IMG/VR virus record: IMGVR_UViG_3300046690_000339
Location: 1 to 64,000 of that record
Direction: 5' to 3' (one strand)
DNA from: a virus
Length of the DNA: 64,000 nucleotides
Shown one piece after another: positions 9,601 through 19,750 of the stretch. The position numbers and the translations under genes were made by a program. Numbering within the stretch: the first letter of the stretch is position 1; the number at the start of each line of letters is the position of its first letter. Below the pieces are notes generated by a model. That model made no database searches. It was not told the origin of the DNA and saw only the letters and a list, made by a program, of their open reading frames with translations.

Positions 9601-10034
9601 CTACGTTGCCGTTCGATATCGCAGGTTCGACAAACGCGCTGCCCTATGGCTAGTTTCGATTTGAGCAAATTGTCATCGCTCAAGGGGTGACCAGACGGGC
9701 AATGCGTCTTTCGGGCATTGATCGCCCAAGGTGTATCAGAGCGCGACTTATTAACTTCTGGCGTTACGGGCTCCAGGTGATGTTCATCAACGCAGGGCAT
9801 CAACCGGCATTTGTGGTCGAGTTCTAATCCATCCGGGACTGGTCCATTGATTTGTTCCCATCGCCATTTGTGAGCGATGACCCTTTTCTTATTTACTTTG
9901 AATTTGCCGTAACCCCTAGAAAGAGAGCCGATCCAAATAGTGCAGCCTGTGTTAGGTTCTGGCATGCAGTAATTTTCGAATCTTTGCATTGGGGTCAGTC
10001 CGCAATGAAGTCCTCTTTTGCCCATCGTAGCCAA
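9573..10034 (-). CDS. HNH homing endonuclease
   Basis: PEPNTGC.IW.G...GYG...AH...DHKC...CV...HLEPVT...N and a KTHCPSGH zinc tail. Confidence 0.9.
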   Translation of the reverse strand: MATMGKRGLHCGLTPMQRFENYCMPEPNTGCTIWIGSLSRGYGKFKVNKKRVIAHKWRWEQINGPVPDGLELDHKCRLMPCVDEHHLEPVTPEVNKSRSDTPWAINARKTHCPSGHPLSDDNLLKSKLAIGQRVCRTCDIERQRRWRMEDRKC

Positions 10035-10036
10035 CT

Positions 10037-10222
10037 CTATTTCCCTTCGGTATCTTGTTTGCGCAGGTATGCCCTGTAATCATCAAAGGTCGCCAAGACC
10101 GATGGCTCCAAATAAATCTTGTTTCGCGGGTCGTCGGGATAACCGTTTTCGGTGGTAAGCCAAATGCCGTAGCCGTCAGACTCCGCATAAACGGAATCGC
10201 CGAGGTAAATTTTCTTAGCCAT
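10037..10222 (-). CDS. conserved small phage protein
   Basis: YLGDSVYAESDGYGIWLTTENG...IYLEP motif. Confidence 0.65.
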   Translation of the reverse strand: MAKKIYLGDSVYAESDGYGIWLTTENGYPDDPRNKIYLEPSVLATFDDYRAYLRKQDTEGK

Positions 10223-10420
10223 TCATAGCTCCGGTATAGATCCGCCTTCCTCTATGACCTGGATAGAGGCATCAAGGAGCTTGCGAAATTCTTCCCACTC
10301 TTCGTTACGAAAGGTCAGGTCGCCGCACTTGGCCAAAACCATTCCTTCCATGCCGGCATAGACCCGGACATGCGTGTGGCCACCCATGACGCGATAACGA
10401 AGCCGTGCAACTACCTTCAC
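10223..10420 (-). CDS. hypothetical protein
   Basis: GTG start overlapping the upstream TGA; GGHTHVRVYAG...CGDLTFR. Confidence 0.55.
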   Translation of the reverse strand: MKVVARLRYRVMGGHTHVRVYAGMEGMVLAKCGDLTFRNEEWEEFRKLLDASIQVIEEGGSIPEL

Positions 10421-10751
10421 GCCGCCCTCTGGTGCTTGTCCAGGTCGCACTGCTCCCGGAGCCGCCGCAGGAAATAGCCCTCGTCGAGCCCGAGCACCGC
10501 GCAGCAGTAGCTGAACGACAGCGCGCTCTTGGGCAGCCGCCCGAGGAACCAAAGCTTGGCCTCCTCCCGCGCCTCGGCCTTGTCCTGCCCTTCTTACGCG
10601 TCGTCACGATGTCCACCGCGTCGGCGAGCACGGCGCGGCAGAGCCGGCGCTCGGGCAGATCGTCCGTGCTGGTGCTCAGCGAGTCAAAGGCGCAGGGGTT
10701 ACTGCTCGGACATATTGGCGCGAGTTTGCCGCAGCCGCATTGACAGAACAT
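10417..10751 (-). pseudogene. fused and frameshifted ORF (HNH-like N-terminus + PERRLxxAVLxDA-type protein)
   Basis: MFCQCGCGKLAPI joined to PERRLCRAVLADA. One extra G at 10588-10590 would continue into EAKLWF...SFSYCCAVLGLD. Confidence 0.55.
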
Positions 10752-10763
10752 TCGCTCTTTCCT

Positions 10764-11630
10764 TTAAACCAGTTTGCCCGTTTGCCCCGGCTGCGCGGGA
10801 GGCTGCTCTTTGCCGCCTCTGTCAGCAAAAGCGCAAAACATATCGTAATCCCCGCGCTTCACCGTAGACATGACCTCGGCATCCGTGCTCGGCATTTCCG
10901 GCAAGCCGTAATGGAGCTGGATCTTCTCCAGGATAGCTTGCTCGCTAACGCTGGCGGTCTTACATTTTGCCCAAAGACGTTTCAGTTGAGGTTCCGTGAT
11001 TCCCTGATTGGACTGGTTAGGCGTGCGGCCGCTGCCGTAGTCGATTGCCTGAATCCTGTTTGGATCGAGTCCCGCCTTGATGAGCAGCTCGGGGTCCGGA
11101 TCGCGTAAGCCAGCAAGTCGGGTCACGCCGTTGGTGATCCAATTCGTGATTGCGGATTTCTGCACGTCACCATGACCGGTCTCGGGCTTCCATCCCGGCC
11201 GAGCGTTAAAGAACGGGTCGCGGCTGTCGCAATACCCGACATAATAGCCGTGGCGTCGAAGCGTCTTACTCTCCATGTAACCTTCCACCCAATAAGCATA
11301 CCCGCCGCCACCGCCGTCCAGCGGCACATTGCGCACCGTGTACTTGTCGTAACTGATGCCGAGCGGGTTCATCAGCGCTTCGGCGCCCGGTCCCTGCAGG
11401 CTGAAGCGTGGAGAGTCCTTGGTTCCGTGATTGATCCAGTGCGATTCGCGCGTCAGCCGGTAGCAGGCCGCCACCCAACGCTTGTAGATATCGATGCCCT
11501 TCTCGAATTCCTCAACGAACGCCGAGGATAAGATGCGAGGTAGGCTCGGGCCGTCTTCAATGATCTGCGGAGCTTCTGCATCAAGTATCGTCTCCCGATT
11601 CTCCGCGTTGCCTGAGCTTGGAGTTTCCAT
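10764..11630 (-). CDS. putative ssDNA-annealing recombinase
   Basis: LQGPGAEAL motif and C-terminal ITEPQLKRL; next to the exonuclease gene. Confidence 0.5.
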   Translation of the reverse strand: METPSSGNAENRETILDAEAPQIIEDGPSLPRILSSAFVEEFEKGIDIYKRWVAACYRLTRESHWINHGTKDSPRFSLQGPGAEALMNPLGISYDKYTVRNVPLDGGGGGYAYWVEGYMESKTLRRHGYYVGYCDSRDPFFNARPGWKPETGHGDVQKSAITNWITNGVTRLAGLRDPDPELLIKAGLDPNRIQAIDYGSGRTPNQSNQGITEPQLKRLWAKCKTASVSEQAILEKIQLHYGLPEMPSTDAEVMSTVKRGDYDMFCAFADRGGKEQPPAQPGQTGKLV

Positions 11631-11793
11631 TCGTGTTGTCTCCTGTTTTCTGTCTAATTGGTGAATAGCTCGTCCAGGCAATGCAGGCAGAACGGCGCGC
11701 CCTCACAAGCTCTATCCTCGTGCGCCTTTCGCTGGTCGAGTTCGATCTCTTCTTGCTCGGCGTCGTGACGCGCGCCCCAGCCGGTCGGTCACT

Positions 11794-12006
11794 TTAAAAC
11801 CCGAAAAGCGCGCGCACGGCGGCGCGATGATCCCAGGAAAACCGCACAACCCAGAAGATAAAGGAGCACCAGGCGACGGTGATCACCGCGCAGCAAAACC
11901 AGCCGACCAGAATGTCGGTGTCGATCGGTTCGAGCTTTTCGTCCTCGTTTAGCTTCGGTGCAGTCCTCGCTATCATTGCCGCCGCTTGTGCTTCGGTATA
12001 TTTCAC
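11794..12006 (-). CDS. small membrane protein
   Basis: One hydrophobic segment. Confidence 0.45.
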   Translation of the reverse strand: MKYTEAQAAAMIARTAPKLNEDEKLEPIDTDILVGWFCCAVITVAWCSFIFWVVRFSWDHRAAVRALFGF

Positions 12007-12344
12007 GGCTTGCCCGCCTTGGTGATCTCGGCGGTCATGGCTGGGCCCCATTCTCTACTCATTGGCTCGCCTAGCTCCGGCTTGCCCGCCTTATCAATCT
12101 CGGCGGCAATGGCCCTCTCAATGCCGAAATCCACTGTCTGTATCTCGATCTCATCAGCTATTTGACGCGCCCGCTCTAGCCCCCGCACAGCCATGCGCCG
12201 CGCTACGTCCCCAACTTGACATGCTGCTAACTCATCCCGCTCGGCGATTGCAGCGGCAATAATCCGCTCAAATCGACTCAGCAATTGAGACCCGCCAAAC
12301 AATAATTCACTAGCAATCCGATTTGCCGTATCTTCGCCGGTCAT
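12003..12344 (-). CDS. hypothetical protein
   Basis: ORF with GAGG SD in the early operon. Confidence 0.5.
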   Translation of the reverse strand: MTGEDTANRIASELLFGGSQLLSRFERIIAAAIAERDELAACQVGDVARRMAVRGLERARQIADEIEIQTVDFGIERAIAAEIDKAGKPELGEPMSREWGPAMTAEITKAGKP

Positions 12345-13500
12345 TTCGCCACCTCATCCTTTTTTTGCTCTGCTCTATCATGTCAGCCAGCAGTCCACGC
12401 TCTAGGATAACCATAACCACGCCCGGCCCTATCCTTTTGCAATTTCTTCAATCTATTTTCAAAATCTATCGCGCAGAGAGAACACCACATAATGCTACCC
12501 GCTGGCTCGGCATAAATCTCTTTTTTAATTAGATGCTTGGTACAAATGCCGTGTGCCTTGCACCAAATGTAATCAATCAAGTTCATTTCCGATGCCCCGA
12601 ATTACAAGCCCAACACGCACCACGGACACGGCGCAAAGGTTATCTAGGCAGACCTTGCTCATCGCCCCGCTCCTTGTCCCTGAGTTCGCGCAACCTGTTT
12701 TGAAACCAGCTAGACTGCGGCCAGTCCCACCGCTGCGCCGTAAGATGATCTCCGAGATAGAGCCCGCCATTCACCCGAGCGGTTTCAAAAATCGTCTCTA
12801 CGTCCCGCTTGGTTAGCTCGGTAGTTTTCATCCTTGATCCTTTCCACCCACAACCGGAGTAGCGCCGCCTCTCTTGCACACTCCTGACACGCCACCTCGT
12901 CAAGTTTGTCCGAACGGACTCGGTAGATGAGCGGCTTGTCTCTTTTGCATCGCGGACAAAGGTTGTCGATTTAAATCAACTCCTGTGTGATCGTCTTATC
13001 CATCGGCTTCTCCTCGATCTGGCAACGGCAGTTCATTGCCTTGCCGGTCCTGAGCCAGTAAAGCAAATTGTCTATCTTCAGTCGGAGTTCCATATTTTCC
13101 GCCCGTAGCCGCCTGTTCTCAGCGCAGAGCGGATCTATCGACTTGTCCAAAAGTTCAATGTTGCCGTTGAGCTCGCCGACTGCTTTGTTGATGTCGGTTG
13201 CGATTTTCATTAGCACGTTCTCCGCTTTGAAATTCGACCAATGACCATGTTTAAAATCAGAGCCGAAATAAATACCGTCATCAGCCGGTCGATCCTTCCT
13301 ACTCCAATCATTGCTTCCACGGCCCAACACAGCGCACCTGTCACCATCAATATGAGGATGATCGCCGCAGCCAGGATCTTCATTTCACCTCCACGGCGGC
13401 GGCCACTCCCAGCGGCCGTCGAACACGATGAAGTACACCAGCACCGCTATGATTAAGATGAGGAGCGCTTGCTCGGTCCAGTTGAAGTCTTTCATCGTAC

Positions 13501-13917
13501 TCACGGCATCTTCGCCAGCATCATCCGCGCCTGCTGTTGTTCCGCGGTTAGAACGCCGCCGTCGAAATTACTGCCCGCAATGTATTCAAGGATCGTCGGG
13601 ATAAGCCGAGTCGGGAACAGCGCGACGCAATCGCGCGCGCTTTTTAGAGGATTGCGTCTCTGGCCTTCAAACCACAACTTGACGAGTTCCTTGGACACGC
13701 GCATCCCGAATTGAAAATCCTTGCGCTGTAGTCCGCCCATCTGCGCCAGCATGATCAAAAAAGCGACGTCCGAATCGGTCGCAATCTCCTGGGGATTCTC
13801 GTCCTCTATTTCCAGCGGAACACTGCCTAGCTGTTCCGATAGTTGTCTTGGGTCCAGCACATGCTGTTTTGTGAGCGCGCTGGACGCTGTTTTCTTTTTG
13901 GTTCGAGACAACTTCAT
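13501..13917 (-). CDS. putative CII-like regulator
   Basis: Lies directly after cro; SD GAGGA. Confidence 0.4.
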   Translation of the reverse strand: MKLSRTKKKTASSALTKQHVLDPRQLSEQLGSVPLEIEDENPQEIATDSDVAFLIMLAQMGGLQRKDFQFGMRVSKELVKLWFEGQRRNPLKSARDCVALFPTRLIPTILEYIAGSNFDGGVLTAEQQQARMMLAKMP

Positions 13918-13958
13918 ATCGTCCTCGTCCCGGTGCTAACTTCTGAGCCGCTATGCTC

Positions 13959-14162
13959 TTAGGCCGCCCTTCTTCGCCCCGGCAGATCATCCACCGTGCA
14001 GTTCATCAACGCCGCGAGCTTTTCGTCCAAAGGAGCGCTCGGAGTTTTACCGTTCAGGTAGTTGGAAATCATGCCGGAAGTGACTCCCCACATCCGGCCC
14101 AATTTGTAGTAGGTGAGGTTCAATTCTTTTTTGAGTTTTCGTTTGACTTGAGGGCGCGTCAT
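13959..14162 (-). CDS. Cro-like HTH regulator
   Basis: LTYYKLGRMWGVTSGMISNYLNG HTH, AGGAGG SD, divergent from the cI remnant. Confidence 0.8.
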   Translation of the reverse strand: MTRPQVKRKLKKELNLTYYKLGRMWGVTSGMISNYLNGKTPSAPLDEKLAALMNCTVDDLPGRRRAA

Positions 14163-14232
14163 CCGTAGCCTCCTGTAAGTAAGCAAGTAAGCAATCAAGT
14201 GTTACTTGTTCTAATAACGCATAACAGAGACC

Positions 14233-14358
14233 ATGTCAACCAAGAAAAATAAAAAGATACAGGCCGAGGGGATTGGCACGCGTTTACGCGAGCTTAGGGA
14301 AAAAGAAAAAATGTCGGTCAGGGCTTTCGCGTCTGTTTACGGGGCTGTGGATTTTTGA
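14233..14358 (+). pseudogene. truncated CI-like XRE repressor
   Basis: MSTKKNKKIQAEGIGTRLRELREKEKMSVRAFASVYGAVDF*: the HTH_3 start is cut before the recognition helix. Confidence 0.7.
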
Positions 14359-14368
14359 GAAAAATCGC

Positions 14369-14671
14369 TTATCCGACCGGATTCTCGGCCGCCACTGTGA
14401 AGTCGCCCTGATCGGCATCATCGACGACACCCGCGCTCTCATAGCGCCATGTCCATGAGCCTGCCGCATCGAGCAGCAAATCGACATAGAATTTACCCGT
14501 AGATTCGCGCACCAGCTCGACATCGACTCCATAAACCAGCACGAGCGGATCATCGACATCGGGTCTCTGGTAAATAAACTTGACCAGTGTCGGGTTGGTC
14601 AATACCTTGCCGAGGTAAAACCAGTGCTGAAATCTCGGCCGCTGCCCTAAAATAAATTCTTCACAGCTCAT
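14369..14671 (-). CDS. virion-associated Ig-like (BppU-N-like) small protein
   Basis: STGKFYVD...AGSWTWRY...GDFTV. Confidence 0.6.
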   Translation of the reverse strand: MSCEEFILGQRPRFQHWFYLGKVLTNPTLVKFIYQRPDVDDPLVLVYGVDVELVRESTGKFYVDLLLDAAGSWTWRYESAGVVDDADQGDFTVAAENPVG

Positions 14672-16686
14672 GTTTGCCGCCTTTCCTTGTCAATGAATGT
14701 GATCCCGCGATGATGAAAAAAAATCCTTGTCACGCCGTGATGGTAGAGAAAAATCCTGGTGAAGCCATGCTGCGCGCCGCTAACCGGCTGCGTGCTAATA
14801 ACCTCGGGCGAATAGCCTGTTAGGGTCAGGGCAGCAGTGCCGGGCGTGATGGTGTTTTGCGGGATATCGGGCGCGTTGCCGATTAAATTCAGGGCGCCGG
14901 ACGACGGTGTCAGGATGATGCCTTGGACAACGGTTGGTGAATTCCCGTTAAACGCTAGAGTTCCGGCATCTGGGGCGAGAGATCGGGCCGCCAATATGTT
15001 CGCCGCGCTACCATTTAGCGTCAGCGCGCCAGCCAATGGCGTGATTCGGCTATCTGTGCGCGTGCTCGGCGCGATGCCGACCAGGGTGAGCGTTCCGGTA
15101 TCCGGCGTGATCGACTGCCCGCTCGTGACCGTCGGCGCGTTTCCCGTAAAACTTAGCGCGCCCGGATCCGGCGTGATGGTCTTGGCGATGTTTGGCGGGT
15201 TGCCGTTGAAGACCAGGGCACCAGTGCCAGGAATGATGACGCCCGCCGAACTGGGCTGATAGCCGGTTAAAGTTAAGACGCCCGCGGCAGGCGTAATAAA
15301 GTCATTCTCGCGCAGGGTTGGCGCAATCCCGGTCAGTGTCAGCGTGCCCGCAGCGGGCGTGATAATTGCGCCGTTTACGAGCAACGGCGCTGCACCAGCC
15401 AATGTGAGAGTCCCGACTTGTGGCGTGATTCGTATGTCTTGCCGAAGTTCCGGCGCAATGCCGTTTATGATCAAAGCCCCAGCCTGCGGTGTGACGACAA
15501 CTCCCTGAACCGCGCCGGGTATCACGCCTGACAGCGTCAATGCGCCTGCTGAAGGCGTTAAGCGGAAATCAATAATGGTTACCGGCGCAATGCCTTGGAG
15601 TGCTAGGTCGCCCGTCTGGAGCGTTATTAGAGCGGCTTCTAGTATGTCGGGAGCATACCCTTGCAGGGTGAGCATGCCCTCTTGAGGCGCAATCTGGGTT
15701 TCGCCGGGAAAGTTGGGTTGGTAGCCGGTTAGAGTCAGCGAGCCGGTACTCGGTGTTATGGATTCGCTGGCAGTTAATTCCGGCTCTATCTCGGCGAAAG
15801 TCAGTGCGCCGGTGCTCGGAATAATCGCCCGGTCATTCCGGCCTGCAATACCCGTTAGGGTCAAAGCCCCTGCGGCCGGCGTAATAGTGCTGCCCTGAAC
15901 TCCGTTTGGAGCAATACCGGATAGGGTCAACGCCCCGACTGTTGGCCTGATTAGCGTTGACTGTACCGCCGAAGGAGCGACCCCGGTCAGCGTCAGAGTA
16001 CCGACTGTCGGCGTGATGACGGTGCTTTGGACAACCGCGGGCGCGTTTCCGGAAAGGGTCAACGTGCCGACCGTAGGAGTAATCGCATCGGCGCGCGCAA
16101 GGCTAGGTGCGTTGCCGCTTATTGTCAGGGCGCCGACTGTCGGCGTGATCAGTCTGCTTTGAACCGGGCTCGGGGCGACGCCCGAAAGTGTGAGCGATCC
16201 GACGCTGGGAGTGAGACGGAAATCCGTGAGAAGGGTTGGAGCGTTACCGGTGAGCGTCAGCGTCGCAGCAGGAGGACCACGGATCAGGGTTTGAGTCGGC
16301 GCCGCTGCGATCGGGACGAATGTCATCGCCCCGACTGTTGGAGTGATCAGAATCGATTGCACCGCCGATGGTGCGACACCGGCAATCGTCAAAGTTCCAA
16401 CCGCCGGCGTAATGAATATATTTTGCCGCGTGCTAGGCGCGACACCGGCAAGAGTCAAAGCGCCGATTGTTGGCGTCAGTACCGTACTTTGAACCGGACT
16501 CGGCGCAACGCCGCTTGCGGTCAATGTACCGACCGCTGGCGTGATGAAAATATCCTGGCGGACGGTCGGCGCAACACCGCTTGCGGTCAGAGTGCCGACT
16601 GCTGGTGTAATTGTCGGCGACTCGCTGACAACCTCGGCAACTCGAACGAAGCTAAAATATTTGCTCGTTCTCTGGATAAAACTCAT
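14668..16686 (-). CDS. Thr/Pro-rich repetitive fibre protein
   Basis: About 28-30 copies of a ~22-aa repeat ITPxxGxLxLxGxAP. Confidence 0.75.
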   Translation of the reverse strand: MSFIQRTSKYFSFVRVAEVVSESPTITPAVGTLTASGVAPTVRQDIFITPAVGTLTASGVAPSPVQSTVLTPTIGALTLAGVAPSTRQNIFITPAVGTLTIAGVAPSAVQSILITPTVGAMTFVPIAAAPTQTLIRGPPAATLTLTGNAPTLLTDFRLTPSVGSLTLSGVAPSPVQSRLITPTVGALTISGNAPSLARADAITPTVGTLTLSGNAPAVVQSTVITPTVGTLTLTGVAPSAVQSTLIRPTVGALTLSGIAPNGVQGSTITPAAGALTLTGIAGRNDRAIIPSTGALTFAEIEPELTASESITPSTGSLTLTGYQPNFPGETQIAPQEGMLTLQGYAPDILEAALITLQTGDLALQGIAPVTIIDFRLTPSAGALTLSGVIPGAVQGVVVTPQAGALIINGIAPELRQDIRITPQVGTLTLAGAAPLLVNGAIITPAAGTLTLTGIAPTLRENDFITPAAGVLTLTGYQPSSAGVIIPGTGALVFNGNPPNIAKTITPDPGALSFTGNAPTVTSGQSITPDTGTLTLVGIAPSTRTDSRITPLAGALTLNGSAANILAARSLAPDAGTLAFNGNSPTVVQGIILTPSSGALNLIGNAPDIPQNTITPGTAALTLTGYSPEVISTQPVSGAQHGFTRIFLYHHGVTRIFFHHRGITFIDKERRQT

Positions 16687-17423
16687 CTGATCTTTTCCGA
16701 CATCGACATGCCGTCGCCGACTTTGATGAACATGTAATTATTGAAGGCAACTGGCTTCGGATCTTTTTGGAAACTCGCAAGAATCCCCGTCGCAACCAAG
16801 CTGCCGACGCCCGGCGTTAAAACTGTACTTATTTGCAATGCAGGGAGAAGAATCCCCGCAGCCGTTAAAGCGCCGACAAGCGGAGTTCTGGTCGCAGACT
16901 CGGCGACAATTATCGATGGGACTTGGGCATAGGTGCCGGTGAAATCAGTGCCATTATTAGTGACTCGCAGGCCAATGAGATCGCCGTGAGAAACGTCGGC
17001 ACCACGGATCTGAATGGAATATTCAACTTCAAAATTACCGCTCGCTGCTATGTCGAGTGATGCACCGCCCGCTGCGCCATCTGCTTCGTCAAAGCCGGTC
17101 AGCCCCTGGAAGGTTCCGGTCCCGCCGCTTAATTGCTGCGTTAGATCGGCGGCGTCGGCAAGATTGGGCGAAGCGGTTGCCCTGACTACGGTACTTGCGC
17201 CGGTGACGTTAGTAGATGCGCCACCGTTGAGAGTAAATTCAAGCTGAGCGACGAGATTATTGAGCGCCGTCGTCCCGGCGTTCTGCATGAGAAACCGGAC
17301 GCGAAAGTTGGTGTCGACCTGCTGCGTCCAGTTGACATTTTGCGCGGCTTTGAACGTCGCGGTCGTTTCATTGCCGTCATCGTTGCGACCGCGAAATCCG
17401 GCTTGCCCGATTGTGACTGCCAT
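16683..17423 (-). CDS. virion fibre/accessory protein
   Basis: FRGRNDDGNE...NFRVRF domain plus two copies of the 22-aa repeat. Confidence 0.6.
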   Translation of the reverse strand: MAVTIGQAGFRGRNDDGNETTATFKAAQNVNWTQQVDTNFRVRFLMQNAGTTALNNLVAQLEFTLNGGASTNVTGASTVVRATASPNLADAADLTQQLSGGTGTFQGLTGFDEADGAAGGASLDIAASGNFEVEYSIQIRGADVSHGDLIGLRVTNNGTDFTGTYAQVPSIIVAESATRTPLVGALTAAGILLPALQISTVLTPGVGSLVATGILASFQKDPKPVAFNNYMFIKVGDGMSMSEKIR

Positions 17424-17439
17424 AGACTCACGGCAAACT

Positions 17440-18003
17440 TTAGTTCAGCGCTTCGAGCGTATATTGCAGCCCGAGAATAATATTGCTCGCGCTATTGCCT
17501 CCCATTTGTGCGGTTAAAGCCAGCGCGGTGTCCGCCGTCAAATCCAGCGTCGCTATTGCTGGCGTAACCTGGCCACCGTTCGTCATCGGTGCTATCGCTG
17601 GTGCGCCAGTCGCAGAACCGATCGTCGGAGCATTCGCACCGAACATGCGCGCGACGCCGTTGCCGATGACTGTGCCGGTGGCACCATTGCTGCGAACCGT
17701 CACATAGATTTCGACATCCCAAAGTGCAGCAGTCAATGAAATGACCTGCGTGATCGTTCCCGATTTACAAATGACCGTACCAGCCACGCCGCCCCAACGA
17801 AGCTCAAAGATATTCGTGACCGTACCAGAGCCTAGCGTCGAATGACTTCCGATGGCTTTCAGTCTCAACGTTCGACCATCGGCCAAATAGTTCGCCGGGA
17901 TCGTGATGTTCGGAAAAATAATCGTTTCGCTCGTGCTGGTATTGATCGACGCGCCGCTTGCCGTAGCCCAAGCGAGAAGTTCGTTCCAGTATTGTCTCGA
18001 CAT
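17440..18003 (-). CDS. putative virion structural protein
   Basis: Beta-rich, Gly/Thr-rich ORF in the fibre cluster. Confidence 0.55.
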   Translation of the reverse strand: MSRQYWNELLAWATASGASINTSTSETIIFPNITIPANYLADGRTLRLKAIGSHSTLGSGTVTNIFELRWGGVAGTVICKSGTITQVISLTAALWDVEIYVTVRSNGATGTVIGNGVARMFGANAPTIGSATGAPAIAPMTNGGQVTPAIATLDLTADTALALTAQMGGNSASNIILGLQYTLEALN

Positions 18004-18012
18004 TTTTTCTCC

Positions 18013-18675
18013 TTATCTTGCTAGACCGGGAGCGAAGATACGCGGCCGGATTATGCGTTGAATATTTTTGCCTGAAGGCAATGGTGGATCAGCAGCCGCG
18101 CTTCCCCCAACAAAGTTATCGCCAATCTGACTGATGTTAGTCATCACGCCAGGTCGCCCAGTAGTGAGCGGTGAAACGGAATCGACATAGGACTGCCCGG
18201 TGAGCACGCTGTTCTTGAAGCCGGTCAGCGTCGGCGGGTTGCCGATGCACTCCAACTCGACTGTGTCGTTTGGCGCCCAAACGATGGCTCCCGTCACTTG
18301 CACGCTCTCCACACCGTTTTTGCAGTGCCCTAATTGAGTAGTCCTTGACGCCGACCCGGATGTGCCCGCAGTTTCCATCACGCGATAAAAATAATAATCC
18401 CTGTTACCGTCGACATCGCCTGAGGCACGGCAAATGACTCCCAGCATCACATCGAGACTGCCGGTGGCATTGATGGTAATTATCTGAGCCACAGCGTATT
18501 GATCAGGAAAGGCATCGAAGTCGGTCCCTGACCAGCGAGCAGGATTACCACTGGTGATAGAGTGGACGGACGTAAAATGGCTACCCGTTACCGAAAAAGT
18601 CGCGCTACCTGGTACCAATCCTGTCCAGTTCCCAGCCGAATCGAAACCGTCTGTTATTATTGTGATGCGCGACAA
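18013..18675 (-). CDS. putative lectin-like virion protein
   Basis: DQYA...GVICRA...GRPGV, ConA-like pattern. Confidence 0.5.
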   Translation of the reverse strand: MSRITIITDGFDSAGNWTGLVPGSATFSVTGSHFTSVHSITSGNPARWSGTDFDAFPDQYAVAQIITINATGSLDVMLGVICRASGDVDGNRDYYFYRVMETAGTSGSASRTTQLGHCKNGVESVQVTGAIVWAPNDTVELECIGNPPTLTGFKNSVLTGQSYVDSVSPLTTGRPGVMTNISQIGDNFVGGSAAADPPLPSGKNIQRIIRPRIFAPGLAR

Positions 18676-19749
18676 TTAAAACCACTTCCTTTCGTCGCTC
18701 GAACTTAGTTCTCCAGTTTTAAATCTATCAAACGCAAAAATTGAAGAGCCCGAACCGCCTACAGGTAGAGCAGGCGCGGCCGATTCATCGGCGCCAAGAT
18801 CCCAAGAGTTATCGACGGGTCTAGTTGTGCCGTCGATATCATCTGAAAAGGCGATATTAGCGTCTGCACTCAAATCAACACCGTTATTCCGAACGCCTGA
18901 GTCGTCTGTGCTGTGAATATGAAGATCGCCGTTAGTTTCATCAACATAGAGCGGATGACGGTTGACAAAGACGTTGGAACCCGGTGCCGATGCGTCGTCA
19001 GAAAGATTATTACTGCTTCCGGTCGTGGTAGCGCCTGGAAGGAGGTATGCTGCTGAATTGACGTCAGGATTCGCCCCTCTGTCACCTATGTTGTTTTTGA
19101 AAACCATCGTCGGTGTCGCGCTCAGCTCGACGGTATAGCAGGCAGCGAACGGGCCAAAAATTCGGCCCACCACGGTATTGTTGTACAGATAATGCGTGCC
19201 GCTACTGCCGGCGAACATCGTGTTCCAGTCGTCCGTCAAGGTTCCGTCAGAGCCTGACATGCAGTTCCAAATCTTAACTCCGCTGGTGCTGTTGAAGGTT
19301 CGACAAAATGCCCGGTCGTTGGTAAACGTGCTTAAATAAATTTTACTGAGTCTGATATCAGATGATCCACCGCAGTCGATATGAAAGCCGCGATCGCCAT
19401 AGAACGGACCGGCTTCCGAAACCAACGCGATACCCTCCATGCGCACATTGTCTTCGCGAATATCACCGCCATGTCCAAAGCCACTAATGACTAGCTGATA
19501 CCCTGTACCGCGAGTTGCTGTGTGCTGTTGCCCAACCGCCACATAAGCGCGAATGTAGCGAGTCGCGTCGGTCGTCCAACCATCCCAAAGAACTCCATCA
19601 CCGACTGGCACATCCCGAAACGCATAACATTCCGCCTGTTTGATCTTGTCGGCAGTAACGAGATTCACCTGTTCCGCCGCTTCATAAGCCGTAAGCGAAG
19701 AGTAATCGCCACCGGCCGACTTCACTGTTTTCGTTTCAGTCGTTGGCAT
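18676..19749 (-). CDS. beta-helix-like virion protein
   Basis: GDYSSL N-terminus, YNNTV, and DIDGTTRP...WDLGADE C-terminal motif. Confidence 0.6.
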   Translation of the reverse strand: MPTTETKTVKSAGGDYSSLTAYEAAEQVNLVTADKIKQAECYAFRDVPVGDGVLWDGWTTDATRYIRAYVAVGQQHTATRGTGYQLVISGFGHGGDIREDNVRMEGIALVSEAGPFYGDRGFHIDCGGSSDIRLSKIYLSTFTNDRAFCRTFNSTSGVKIWNCMSGSDGTLTDDWNTMFAGSSGTHYLYNNTVVGRIFGPFAACYTVELSATPTMVFKNNIGDRGANPDVNSAAYLLPGATTTGSSNNLSDDASAPGSNVFVNRHPLYVDETNGDLHIHSTDDSGVRNNGVDLSADANIAFSDDIDGTTRPVDNSWDLGADESAAPALPVGGSGSSIFAFDRFKTGELSSSDERKWF

Positions 19750-19750
19750 A

